64,000 nt of DNA. Source: an uncultured Clostridia bacterium (GTDB taxonomy: Bacteria > Bacillota > Clostridia > TANB77 > CAG-508). The stretch spans positions 4,557 through 68,556 of the forward strand of contig CALXAA010000006.1 in NCBI GenBank assembly GCA_944386165.1. The letters run 5' to 3'. The notes beneath the pieces were generated by a model. It was not told the origin of the DNA. It was given only the letters and a program-made list of their open reading frames with translations, and made no database searches. The position numbers and the translations under genes were made by a program. Shown piece by piece: positions 44,445-54,507 of the stretch (its first letter is position 1; each line of letters opens with the position of its first letter).

Positions 44445-44675
44445 CCTCTCCTTTATTATTTATTAAAAAAAAACACTTCTATAGGTAATTTTTTACCTAT
44501 AGGAGTGCTTTATTTTACACGGTTCCATCCTATTTTTTTACTTAATTTAGATTATAACGTGTCTTGAACGTCTAGCTTTTTCACTAGAATATTTAAGAGT
44601 TAGTTTTCAAATATGTTTATTCACAATTAGTTCTCAGCCTGTGACTAATTTTCTCTGTTGATAACCTTTATTTTA
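44445..44675 (-). promoter_or_regulatory. T-box riboswitch leader of thrS
   Basis: On the minus strand: AGAGA near the 5' end. T-box sequence AAAUAGGAUGGAACCGUG (revcomp of 44517-44534). Terminator cactcctataggtaa / ttacctatagaagtg plus U-run (44468-44512). Candidate ACU specifier at 44602-44604. Confidence 0.7.
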
Positions 44676-44683
44676 CTTTTCTC

Positions 44684-45076
44684 TTATTTTATATCACTAT
44701 TCTTTTTGATTACTACATATGAAGTTACTCCTACTACAACTAATAGAGCTATTGCTACAATTGTTCCTGTTGAGTCTTCAAGACCTGTGTGTGGTAATGT
44801 TGTTTGTGTTGTTTTTGTAGTTGGTTTTGTTGTTTGGGTAGTTTTTGTCGTTTGTGTTGTTGGAGTTGTTTGTGTAGTAGTTTGTGTTGTTGGAGTAGAT
44901 CCTCCTGATAAATCTAAGATTTCATCTCCAAAGTCTGATGAATATCCGTTATCTGTTGTAGTTGTTGTACCTGCAGTTGTTGGTGCTGTGTCTGCATATA
45001 CATTATTAAAAATTGCAAATGCAATTGTCATAATTACTATTAACATTAATACTTTTAAACTTTTTTTCATTTTCAT
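44684..45076 (-). CDS. Small LPXTG-anchored surface protein with Thr/Gln-rich repeats
   Basis: Signal peptide. TTQTTPTTQTTKTTQTTKPTTKTTQTT repeats. LPHTG, hydrophobic segment, then the KKNSDIK tail. Confidence 0.75.
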   Translation of the reverse strand: MKMKKSLKVLMLIVIMTIAFAIFNNVYADTAPTTAGTTTTTDNGYSSDFGDEILDLSGGSTPTTQTTTQTTPTTQTTKTTQTTKPTTKTTQTTLPHTGLEDSTGTIVAIALLVVVGVTSYVVIKKNSDIK

Positions 45077-45197
45077 CTTTTCCTACCTCTTCATTTATAT
45101 TATTTATTAACTCATATATATTTATACCATAATTATTTTTTTATTGCAATACTTTTTAAAAAAATTTTTATGGTAATTTTATTTTTATTTGGTTTTT

Positions 45198-48100
45198 TTA
45201 TCCAAATAAGCTTAGTTGGTTGCTTTGGCTCATTCCTTCAAGACATCCAAATTTTCTTAATAGTTCTGTTACTGAGTCTCCTATTTTTGAACGAATTTTC
45301 ATATCATCTATTGACATGAATTTTTCTTCGTCACGGGCTTTCATAATTCCTTCTGCTGCAACATTTCCAAGTCCTGCTATACTGTTTAGAGGCGGTCTTA
45401 AATAATTACCTTCTACTTGAAATTTAGTAGCATGTGATTTATATAAATCAATTGGTAAAAAACTGTATCCTCTTTCGTACATTTCTAGTACTAACTCTAA
45501 ATCGTCGTACATATCTTTATCTTTTGGTGTTGCATTATTTCCCATCATTTCAATTTCTTTTATTTTATTTTTTACTTTTTCTTTTCCATTTATCATAATT
45601 TCTGCATCAAATGCTTTTGCTCTTATTGTGAAATATGCTGCATAATATGCAAGTGGAATATGAACTTTAAACCATGCTATTCTGAATGCATTTGTTACAT
45701 ATGCTGCAGCATGCGCTTTTGGGAACATGTATTTTATTTTTTCACAAGATTTTATATACCAGTCTGGAACTCCATGTTCTTTCATAAGCGGTATATATTC
45801 GTCTTGCCATTTTGCTTCTTTTCCTTTTGCTACTTTTCCTTTACGTACAGATTCCATTATTTTGAATGCTTTGTCTGATGGGAGTCCTTTTTTTATTAAA
45901 TATATCATTATATCATCACGACAACATATTGCTTCTTGTAGTGTTACTATTCCTTGCTCAATTAATGTTTGAGCATTTCCAAGCCATACATCAGTTCCAT
46001 GTGATAGTCCTGATAATCTAATTAATTCATCAAATGTAGTTGGATGTGTATCTATAAGCATCCCTCTTGCAAATTTTGTACCATATTCTGGTATTCCATA
46101 TGTTCCTACTTCTGAATGAATTTGCTCTGGAGTTACTCCTAGAGCTTTTGTTGATGAGAAAATTGACATTGTTTCTTTATCATCTAGTGGTATTTGAGTT
46201 GGTGCTATTCCTGTGATATCTTGTAACATACGAATTACTGTTGGATCGTCGTGTCCTAGTATATCTAGTTTTAATAGGTTTCCATCTATTGAGTGATAAT
46301 CAAAGTGTGTTGTTATTATATCTGATGTTGGGTCATCTGCTGGATGCTGTACTGGTGTGAATTCATATATTTCTCTTCCTTTTGGAACTACTATAATTCC
46401 TCCTGGGTGCTGTCCTGTTGTTCTTTTTATTCCTTGGCATCCTACTGATAGTCTTGCTATTTCTGCTTTATTTATTGGTATATTTCTTTCTTCATAATAT
46501 TTTTTTACATATCCATATGCTGTTTGTTCTGCTACAGTACCAACTGTTCCTGCCTTGAAGGTTGTTCCTTTCCCAAATATTACTTCTGTATATTTATGTG
46601 CTTTTGCTTGATATTCTCCAGAGAAGTTTAAGTCTATATCTGGCTCTTTATCTCCATTAAATCCAAGGAATGTTTCAAATGGTATGTCCATGCCATCTTT
46701 TGCCATTTTTGTTCCACATTTTGGACAATCTTTGTCTGGTAAATCAAATCCGTTTCCTACTCCATAGTCTTCAAATTCAGAGTATTTGCAATTTGGACAT
46801 CTATAATGTGGTTGTAATGAGTTTACTTCTGTTATACCTGTCATAAATGCTACAAGTGATGATCCTACAGAACCTCTTGAGCCTACAATATATCCATCTT
46901 CATTTGATTTCCATACTAGTTTTTGTGCAATAATATACATTACTGAGTATCCATTGCTAATTATTGAGTTTAGCTCTTTGTCTAGTCTTGTTTTTACTAT
47001 TTCTGGTAAGTTTTCTCCATATAGTTCATGTGCTTTTGCATATGCTATATTTTTTATATCTTCTTCACATCCAGGAATATGTGGTGGGCATTTTTCTGGT
47101 GAAATTGGACTTATTCTGTCACACATGTCTGCTATTTTATTTGTATTTGTTACAACAACTTCATATGCTTTTTCTTCACCTAAATATGAGAATTCTTTAA
47201 GCATTTCTTCTGTTGTTCTTAAATATAATGGTGCTTGTTGATCAGCATCTTTATATCCTTGTCCTGCTTCTAATATTCTTCTATAAATTTCATCTTGTGG
47301 ATCCATAAAGTGTACATCACATGTTGCTACTACTAATTTTCCTAATTTTTCTCCAAGGTCTACAATTTTTCTGTTTATATCTTTTAGATATTCTCTGTCT
47401 GGAACTTTTCCTTCTCTTACTAGAAAATCGTTATTTGCTATTGGTTGAATTTCAAGATAGTCATAATCTCTTGCAATATTTTCTATTTCTTCATCAGATT
47501 TTCCAAGTTCTATTGCTTGATATAATTCTCCTGCTTCACATGCGCTTCCCATTATTAGGCCTTCTGAGTATTTTTTGTATATGCTTTTTAATATTCTTGG
47601 TTTTTTGTAAAAATAATCTAAGTGTGATATTGAAACTAATTTGTATAAGTTTTTTAGTCCTACATAATTTGTGGCTAAAATTATTGCATGATATGGTCTT
47701 TGTTTTTTGAATTCTTCTTTTTGTGATTCTTTGTCTTTGCCTATTGTATCTATCTCATCAACAATTTTTACTCCTTTATCTCTTAGTTTTTGTAACATTA
47801 CATTAAATACTTTTACTGTTGTGTCTACATCAGCTAAAGCTCTGTGTGCTACATCTACTTCTATTCCTAGACTGTCTGCTATTTTTCCTAATTTGTATTT
47901 TTTTAGGTCTGGGAATAGGTCTTTGGCAAGTGGCAAAGTATCTATATATGTGTAATTGAATTCATAACCTAATTGTTTTGCTGTGTGTTTTAAAAATCCT
48001 ACATCAAAGTTTGCATTGTGTGCTACAATTATTGAATCTCCTAAAAATTCTAATACTTTAGGGAATACTTTGTCTATTGTTTCTGCATCTTTTACCATTT

Positions 48101-50096
48101 CATCTGTTATATTTGTTACTTCTACAACTCTTTGTGGAATTGGTTTTTCTGGGTTTACAAAACATTCAAATTCATCTATTACTTCTCCGTTTTTTACTTT
48201 CATTATTCCTATTTCTGTTATTTTTTCAACTGTAATAGATATTCCTGTAGTTTCTAAGTCTAATACACAATATGTTACATCATCTATATTTTGCCCTTGA
48301 GGATTTTTTACAGATTTTTCTTTGTCTGGTACTAAATATGCTTCAACTCCATAAATAACTTTCATGTCTGGATTGTCTCTTCCAAGTAGTTTGTGTGCTT
48401 CTGGAAATGCTTGTACAACTCCATGGTCTGTTATTGCTATTGATTTCATTCCCCAGCTCATTGCTCTTTTTATTAGGTCTGTTGCTGATGTCATTGCATC
48501 CATTGCACTCATTTTGGTGTGCATGTGTAGTTCAACTCTTTTTACTTCTGCATTGTCTTGTCTTGTTACTTTTGGTAATGGTGTTGATTCTATTATTGTA
48601 TTTGCCATTATAGTTAATTCGTTTGAAAATGTATCTAACTGTGCTTTTCCTGCAATTTTTACAGCTTTGGTTGCTACTAGTCTTTTTATTATATTTTTTG
48701 CATTTTTTCCAGGTAAAAATGCTTTACATGTCATTGTACTTGTTCCGTCATAAATGTCTATACTTAATATTACTTTCCCTGTTTTTGTTTCTTTGTCTTC
48801 CATTCCAAGTATTTCACCATCTATATATACATTTCCTGATTCTGCATTTAGGTCTGCTATTTTTACTAGTGGTTCACTTATGTTCATTGAGTTTCCTAAT
48901 ATTAGTGGTGAACTGTTATCTTCTTCTGGTAATGGTGGCATTCCTTCATCTGGTATTTCTATTATGATATTTGCCATTAGTGTTATGTCTCCAGCATATG
49001 CGTCCATTCCAGATTTTCCTGTTACTTTTATTGCTTTTGCTTGTTGGATTTTTTCTGATATTTCATTTCCTTCTGTTATGTCTTTTGCAAATGCTTTGCA
49101 GTTCATTATTCCTGTTCCATCATATATTTCGAATATTAACATTCCTTTTCCTGTTTTGGTTTCTTTGCATTCACAACTAACTACTCTTCCTGAAAGTGTT
49201 ACTCTACTGTCGTTTGATGTTATGTCTTTTATTTTTATGGTATTTTCTTTTGCTTTTGATGGTTTTCCAAATATGATGTTTGCTGGTTCTTGGTCTTCTA
49301 TTATATTTTCTGTTGTGTATTGCATATCATATTCAGATGGCATTGCATAATCTGCATCATTATAATATCCTTCTGGAACTGGTGGCATTTCGTTTGGATT
49401 GTGTTGTGGATTGTTACTTCTTTCAGCATTATTTGTGTGTTGGATATTTTCTCCTTGTTTTTCTGCTATATGTTTTTGTGCTTCCATTGATTCCTTGATT
49501 ACATTTTCTATTGCCTCTTGCTCTATTTCTTTTGCTTTTTGTTTTTGTTTTATTATGTCTTCTTGGTTTATTCTTTCTTCTATATTTACTGAATATTTTT
49601 TGCCAAATAGGTTTGCTATTACGTTTTCTAGTTCTCTATCTAGTTTTCTTGCTTTTAAAAAGTCTGCTCCTTGTATTTTCATATATACATTTATTTTGTT
49701 TTCGGTGACTTCTACTTGGCTTTTTAATAATAGTAGTGGCTTCATTAATGGGTATTTGTGTGCCATTAAACATACAATGTTTTCCCATTCGTTTGCTATT
49801 GGCTTTTTTCTTACTCCTTCTGCATATGTGATTTTTATATGTACTTGCTCAAATTGGAATCTTTGTCTTAAGAATTTTTCGAAATACCATATTTCTTTTA
49901 TTTCTATGTATTCTTTTGATTGCATGTCTATTTCTAGTGTATTTACTTTTTTGTATAAATGCATTTTTGATATTTCTGCATCTGTTATATTGCTGTTTGT
50001 TTTATAATCACTAAATAAATCTCCTATTTTTCTGCTTTTTGGTTTTTGTGTTTGTTCTTTTGTTTCTGTTTTTTGGTTTGTCTGTATTTCTGGCAC
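45198..50096 (-). CDS. polC: DNA polymerase III PolC-type (1632 aa)
   Basis: PHP VELHMHTKMSAMD. Exonuclease YCVLDLETTG ... HNANFDVGFL. Zn finger CPNC..CPKCG. Polymerase core. GTG start with RBS gaaggtg. Confidence 0.95.
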   Translation of the reverse strand: MPEIQTNQKTETKEQTQKPKSRKIGDLFSDYKTNSNITDAEISKMHLYKKVNTLEIDMQSKEYIEIKEIWYFEKFLRQRFQFEQVHIKITYAEGVRKKPIANEWENIVCLMAHKYPLMKPLLLLKSQVEVTENKINVYMKIQGADFLKARKLDRELENVIANLFGKKYSVNIEERINQEDIIKQKQKAKEIEQEAIENVIKESMEAQKHIAEKQGENIQHTNNAERSNNPQHNPNEMPPVPEGYYNDADYAMPSEYDMQYTTENIIEDQEPANIIFGKPSKAKENTIKIKDITSNDSRVTLSGRVVSCECKETKTGKGMLIFEIYDGTGIMNCKAFAKDITEGNEISEKIQQAKAIKVTGKSGMDAYAGDITLMANIIIEIPDEGMPPLPEEDNSSPLILGNSMNISEPLVKIADLNAESGNVYIDGEILGMEDKETKTGKVILSIDIYDGTSTMTCKAFLPGKNAKNIIKRLVATKAVKIAGKAQLDTFSNELTIMANTIIESTPLPKVTRQDNAEVKRVELHMHTKMSAMDAMTSATDLIKRAMSWGMKSIAITDHGVVQAFPEAHKLLGRDNPDMKVIYGVEAYLVPDKEKSVKNPQGQNIDDVTYCVLDLETTGISITVEKITEIGIMKVKNGEVIDEFECFVNPEKPIPQRVVEVTNITDEMVKDAETIDKVFPKVLEFLGDSIIVAHNANFDVGFLKHTAKQLGYEFNYTYIDTLPLAKDLFPDLKKYKLGKIADSLGIEVDVAHRALADVDTTVKVFNVMLQKLRDKGVKIVDEIDTIGKDKESQKEEFKKQRPYHAIILATNYVGLKNLYKLVSISHLDYFYKKPRILKSIYKKYSEGLIMGSACEAGELYQAIELGKSDEEIENIARDYDYLEIQPIANNDFLVREGKVPDREYLKDINRKIVDLGEKLGKLVVATCDVHFMDPQDEIYRRILEAGQGYKDADQQAPLYLRTTEEMLKEFSYLGEEKAYEVVVTNTNKIADMCDRISPISPEKCPPHIPGCEEDIKNIAYAKAHELYGENLPEIVKTRLDKELNSIISNGYSVMYIIAQKLVWKSNEDGYIVGSRGSVGSSLVAFMTGITEVNSLQPHYRCPNCKYSEFEDYGVGNGFDLPDKDCPKCGTKMAKDGMDIPFETFLGFNGDKEPDIDLNFSGEYQAKAHKYTEVIFGKGTTFKAGTVGTVAEQTAYGYVKKYYEERNIPINKAEIARLSVGCQGIKRTTGQHPGGIIVVPKGREIYEFTPVQHPADDPTSDIITTHFDYHSIDGNLLKLDILGHDDPTVIRMLQDITGIAPTQIPLDDKETMSIFSSTKALGVTPEQIHSEVGTYGIPEYGTKFARGMLIDTHPTTFDELIRLSGLSHGTDVWLGNAQTLIEQGIVTLQEAICCRDDIMIYLIKKGLPSDKAFKIMESVRKGKVAKGKEAKWQDEYIPLMKEHGVPDWYIKSCEKIKYMFPKAHAAAYVTNAFRIAWFKVHIPLAYYAAYFTIRAKAFDAEIMINGKEKVKNKIKEIEMMGNNATPKDKDMYDDLELVLEMYERGYSFLPIDLYKSHATKFQVEGNYLRPPLNSIAGLGNVAAEGIMKARDEEKFMSIDDMKIRSKIGDSVTELLRKFGCLEGMSQSNQLSLFG

Positions 50097-50198
50097 TTTT
50101 TCACCTTCTTTTTGTATGTTCTTTTTCGTTTTAAATCTTGTTTTATGCTATCATATTTTTCGATTATTTTCAACTGTATTTTTTAATTTTTGATAGTA

Positions 50199-50236
50199 AA
50201 AAATTTCAAAACAGCCATTCAAACGAATGGCTGTTA
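50199..50236 (-). terminator. Intrinsic terminator after the histidine kinase gene
   Basis: acagccattc (50211-50220) / gaatggctgt (50225-50234), with a T-rich tract on the minus strand. Confidence 0.6.
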
Positions 50237-50237
50237 T

Positions 50238-51737
50238 TTATTCATCTTTAGTTAAATCTAAGCAAAAATAAAATTCAACTCCATCTATTTTATTTTCAAC
50301 ACCATAATCATTACCACTATTATTCATAATAGCTTTAACAATAGAAAGCCCTATACCACTTCCTCCATCTGCTCTATGGCGTGCTTCATCTGCCTTAAAG
50401 AATCTATTCCAAATACGTGGCAAGTTTTCTTCTGAAATGTTTTCTCCTGTATTAAATACAGTAATTCTAACTTTATCATTTATTATTGTATTTGTAATTT
50501 TTATGTATTTTTGACCATCAATTTCTTTAGTATTCTTTATGGCATTTGTTAGATAATTTGTTATTATTTGGCTAGTATATGTATCATCTGCATAAACATT
50601 TATAACATCTTCTGTTTCGAATTTTACTTCAACTTGTTTTTCTTCAAGCATAACTTTTGAACTTCTACATATCTCTTTTTCTAGTTCTACAATATTAAAG
50701 TTACTTCTATTAAATTCTCTTTTTTCATATTCTAGTTTTGTAAGTTCTATTAATTGTCTAACCATTTTGTCCATTTTTGTGGCTTCATCTAAAATAACTT
50801 CAGCATAAAATTTTCTGCTCTCTTCATCTGTATTTACATTTTCTAAAAGTCCCTCACTATATCCTTGTATTAAAGCAATTGGTGTTTTTAATTCATGAGA
50901 TACATCTGAAATAAAACTTTTTCTCATTTCATCTATTTTAGATTTTTTCTCAATGTCTTTTTCAAGTTCTACGTTACTGCTTCTTAATTGGTTTATCGTT
51001 TTTTCTAGTTTTTCTGACATAGTGTTTATGCTTTTTCCTAATTCATTTATTTCGTCGTCTCCTTTGACTATATATTTTTGGCTAAAGTCTAAATTAGACA
51101 TTTTTTTTGCAATTGTACTTATTTCGGAAATTGGACTGCTAAACTGTTTTGATATATATAGGGTTACAATTCCTCCTACAACTATTACAATACTTGCTAT
51201 AAAATATAAAAATTTATTTGATATTTGTACGCTTTCTGTTATTGATGACATTGGTAATCTTATATATGCTACATAATCATTGTCTAATATTCCTGTTAAC
51301 AACATATAATTCATTTTAGTTTCATTGTCTAATATTTTCTTTATTTCAAAATTATCATTTTTTTCAATAATGCTTGATTCTTGATTTCTATCCATTCCCC
51401 AAAAACTTATTATTTGTCTTATATTTGATAAGAAGTTTTGATTTGACATATATACTACTACATTTTCATTATCTTTTACTATTATGTCAAAATTGTTTCT
51501 GATTGAAATTTTGTCTAATTCATCGTTTATGTTATCTACCTGTATTTTTCCTGTATAATAAGAGTTTATTGTTCCATATGCTACTTTTAGATTTTTACTT
51601 TTGGTATATTGATAATATTTTTCTAGAACAAAACTATTTACCAAAATTAAAAATACTATAATTGATATTACTATAAAGCATAATGTCAAAAATAATTTTA
51701 CTCTTACTGATTTGGCTTTTTTTGTTAAATTTTCCAC
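50238..51737 (-). CDS. Sensor histidine kinase (2 TM, HAMP, HisKA, HATPase_c)
   Basis: H-box SHELKTPIALIQGY. N/G boxes NAIKNT and GGSGIGLSIV. GTG start with RBS gagga. Confidence 0.85.
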   Translation of the reverse strand: MENLTKKAKSVRVKLFLTLCFIVISIIVFLILVNSFVLEKYYQYTKSKNLKVAYGTINSYYTGKIQVDNINDELDKISIRNNFDIIVKDNENVVVYMSNQNFLSNIRQIISFWGMDRNQESSIIEKNDNFEIKKILDNETKMNYMLLTGILDNDYVAYIRLPMSSITESVQISNKFLYFIASIVIVVGGIVTLYISKQFSSPISEISTIAKKMSNLDFSQKYIVKGDDEINELGKSINTMSEKLEKTINQLRSSNVELEKDIEKKSKIDEMRKSFISDVSHELKTPIALIQGYSEGLLENVNTDEESRKFYAEVILDEATKMDKMVRQLIELTKLEYEKREFNRSNFNIVELEKEICRSSKVMLEEKQVEVKFETEDVINVYADDTYTSQIITNYLTNAIKNTKEIDGQKYIKITNTIINDKVRITVFNTGENISEENLPRIWNRFFKADEARHRADGGSGIGLSIVKAIMNNSGNDYGVENKIDGVEFYFCLDLTKDE

Positions 51738-51747
51738 ATAAATTTCC

Positions 51748-52428
51748 TCATTTCTTTATTTCAAATTTATAACCTATTCCTCTTACTGTTTCTATGTATT
51801 TACCTTTTTTACCCAATTTATGTCTGATTTTTTTTATATGGCTATCTATTGTTCTTGAGTCACCATAATAATCATAGTTCCATACATTATTTAAAATTTT
51901 ATCTCTTGATAGTGCAATGTTTTCATTATCTAGTAAATATTTTAGCAACTCATATTCTCTTAAACTTAAATCTATTGGCTTTCCGTCAATTTTTACTGTG
52001 CGTCCTTCTTGGTCTATTGTTATTCCTCCATAGTCTTTGATTTTTTTAGTATCTCCATATACTCTTTTTAGAATTGCTTCAACTCTTGCTACTAATATTT
52101 TTGGACTAAATGGTTTGGAAATATATTCGTCAACTCCAAGTTCAAATCCAAATAGTTCGTCTTGTTCTTCTCCTCTTGCTGTTAACATTATTACAGGTAA
52201 ATTTGACTCTTGTCTTATTTTTCTTAAAACAGACCATCCGTCAAGTTTTGGCATCATTACATCTAATAGGATTAATTTGATTTTGTTTCTGTTTTCTTCA
52301 AATACTTCTATTGCTTTTTCTCCATCTTCTGCTTCTAATATTTGATATCCTTTTGCTGTTAAAAAGTCTTTTAGTAGTTTTCTCATTCTTGATTCATCAT
52401 CTACAACTAAAATATATGCTCCATCCAT
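51748..52428 (-). CDS. OmpR-family response regulator
   Basis: Receiver ILVVDDE...LLDVMMPKLDG. Winged-helix IETVRGIGYKF. Confidence 0.9.
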   Translation of the reverse strand: MDGAYILVVDDESRMRKLLKDFLTAKGYQILEAEDGEKAIEVFEENRNKIKLILLDVMMPKLDGWSVLRKIRQESNLPVIMLTARGEEQDELFGFELGVDEYISKPFSPKILVARVEAILKRVYGDTKKIKDYGGITIDQEGRTVKIDGKPIDLSLREYELLKYLLDNENIALSRDKILNNVWNYDYYGDSRTIDSHIKKIRHKLGKKGKYIETVRGIGYKFEIKK

Positions 52429-52532
52429 TTTAAATCTATCCTTTCTATTTTTATAACTATGCCTTATTATAACTTATTTCTATGTCTTTTTTGTGAAAAT
52501 TGTATAACCCTTATTACAAATATTTTCTTTTG

Positions 52533-52578
52533 AAAAAAACTGAACTTTAAGGAATGTTTTCCTAAAAGTTCAGTTTTT
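52533..52578 (-). terminator. Intrinsic terminator
   Basis: aaaaactgaacttt / aaagttcagttttt, with a U-run on the minus strand. Confidence 0.6.
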
Positions 52579-53027
52579 TATTTCTTTTTAAATATTCCTT
52601 TTATTAGATTAAATAGTTTTGTTAAAAATCCTTGTTCTTTGTATAGTGTTAAGTCTGTTTCTTCTATATTTTCAAAACTTTTTTCTTTTCGCTTTTGAAA
52701 TATGTTGTCAATGTCATATTGTTTGTTCATTTCTTCTTCTACTTTTTTTATTTCTTCAGCATCTTTTAGTTGTAATTCTTCTCTTTCTTCTGGGTCTGCA
52801 AAAAAGTCTCTATATATTAGTCCTAGTATAACAATTGTTTCTTGTTTTAAGTCTTTTTCATTGAATGGTTCTGCTAGTTGAAATCTATAGTCTTTTGCTC
52901 TGTTGTCTTCTATAATTTTTCTAAACTTTGTTGGTATTTTACTTGTTAATTCTATTGGTGTAACTTTTAAAATTTCATATACTTCTGTCATCGCTTCCTG
53001 CATATTTCTCTCCATTTTCTTTGTCAC
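52578..53027 (-). CDS. Hypothetical protein (about 141-149 aa); start uncertain (GTG 53027, ATG 53015 or ATG 53003)
   Basis: ORF overlaps the upstream gene. The best RBS (ggagag) precedes ATG 53003. No motif recognised. Confidence 0.5.
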   Translation of the reverse strand: MTKKMERNMQEAMTEVYEILKVTPIELTSKIPTKFRKIIEDNRAKDYRFQLAEPFNEKDLKQETIVILGLIYRDFFADPEEREELQLKDAEEIKKVEEEMNKQYDIDNIFQKRKEKSFENIEETDLTLYKEQGFLTKLFNLIKGIFKKK

Positions 53028-53655
53028 ATCCTTTCGTCATTTGTTCTAAAATTTTTGCTATTTTTGCTCTGTCTGAAAAGTCTTTAGGTCTTAAACATCC
53101 TTGATATCTGCTTTTCCATTTTTCGACATTTTCTTTTGTATTGTCTAATGAAATGCTTAATTCTAAAAAAAGTGCTCTTTTGTATTCTATTGCTCTTTTT
53201 TGGCTTTCTTCATCTAATGTGTTCATATATTGACTGGCTTGTGCTTGACATCTTTTTGCTTTAGATATTTTTCCTGTTTCTAATGCTTGTTTTTCTGCAT
53301 CTACAGCTCCTCTATAAGCTTCTAATGTTTCGTTATAACTGAATTTTTGGTCGTCTTTGTCTGTTATAGGTGCATCTTTGTTTGATCCAGAGTTATTGCT
53401 ACCTCTATTTACTACATCATATCTTGCAGACATTGTTGCTTTTAGTTCACTTGCTAGTTTTTGTAGTCCGTTTTCTTCTGCTATTGTGTCCATATTTTTT
53501 TCTAACATGGATAATGCTGTTCTATCTTCTTCTGATAGTCCACCTATTTTTAAATAGTTGTTTATTTTTAGTTTTTTTATTACTTCTGCAATTTGTTTTA
53601 CTTTTTTGCAGGCTTCTTCTCTTCCTGTTAATTCATTTATATTCTCATGTTCCAT
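52975..53655 (-). CDS. Hypothetical helical protein (226 aa)
   Basis: ORF with RBS aaggaga. No motif recognised. Confidence 0.5.
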   Translation of the reverse strand: MEHENINELTGREEACKKVKQIAEVIKKLKINNYLKIGGLSEEDRTALSMLEKNMDTIAEENGLQKLASELKATMSARYDVVNRGSNNSGSNKDAPITDKDDQKFSYNETLEAYRGAVDAEKQALETGKISKAKRCQAQASQYMNTLDEESQKRAIEYKRALFLELSISLDNTKENVEKWKSRYQGCLRPKDFSDRAKIAKILEQMTKGCDKENGEKYAGSDDRSI

Positions 53656-53901
53656 ATTATGAGTTCTCCTTTGTTTATATATACATATTTCTTACGTTTT
53701 CGTTATTTTTATACAATTTTATTATAGCAAAACAAATTTTTTTTGTAAATATTTTTATGAAATTATTTTTGTTAATTTGTTGAAAATTTGGTGTTTGTTT
53801 TATAAAAGAAAAAGTTGATGTTTTAATGATGTTTTGAAATCAACTAAAAAATCAACTTCTATTATTTTATTTAATAATATTTTGAGACTATGTTATTCTA
53901 T

Positions 53902-54507
53902 TTATTGTATATAATTTTTATCTTCTGAATATGGAATATCTTCTTTTGAAAAATTCCAAGGTTCTTTTGATGTGAGCTTTCTCCATAAAGAAGCATAAGG
54001 TTCTAGAGTGAATTCTGCTGTTAAACTATCTAAATCTATTTTAGGTAATACGTCTAAAGGATTTATTGTATAATCTAATCCTGTTTTTTCCGTGTTTTCT
54101 TTTCTAATTTCTAAGTGAAGATGTGGAACTCTTGAACCACCACTTGAACCTGTTTTTCCAATTATGTTTTCAGTTGTTACTCTATCTCCTGGCTTTACTA
54201 ATATTTTTCTTAAATGTCCATAAACAACTCTTCTTCCATCATCATTTAAAATTTCTACTTTATTACCATATCCGTCATTAAAAGCATCAAAACCTTCTGT
54301 TGTAGTTCCATCAAATTCTGCTAGTAGTACAGTTCCACTCATTATTGGATGTACTTCTGTTCCTATGTCTGCTGTTATATCAAAACCTGAATGTGCTCTT
54401 TCTTTAAATAATACATAATGGTTTTTTCTAATTCCCCACTTGTCATGTTCTGCAACTTTATATTTTGGCGTAATTGGCCATATATATTTACTTTTTTCTG
54501 TATTCAT
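53902..54507 (-). CDS. M23 family metallopeptidase without a recognisable signal peptide
   Basis: HSGFDITADIGTEVHPIMSGTV and GGSRVPHLHLEI (HxxxD / HxH). RBS aaggagg. Confidence 0.8.
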   Translation of the reverse strand: MNTEKSKYIWPITPKYKVAEHDKWGIRKNHYVLFKERAHSGFDITADIGTEVHPIMSGTVLLAEFDGTTTEGFDAFNDGYGNKVEILNDDGRRVVYGHLRKILVKPGDRVTTENIIGKTGSSGGSRVPHLHLEIRKENTEKTGLDYTINPLDVLPKIDLDSLTAEFTLEPYASLWRKLTSKEPWNFSKEDIPYSEDKNYIQ

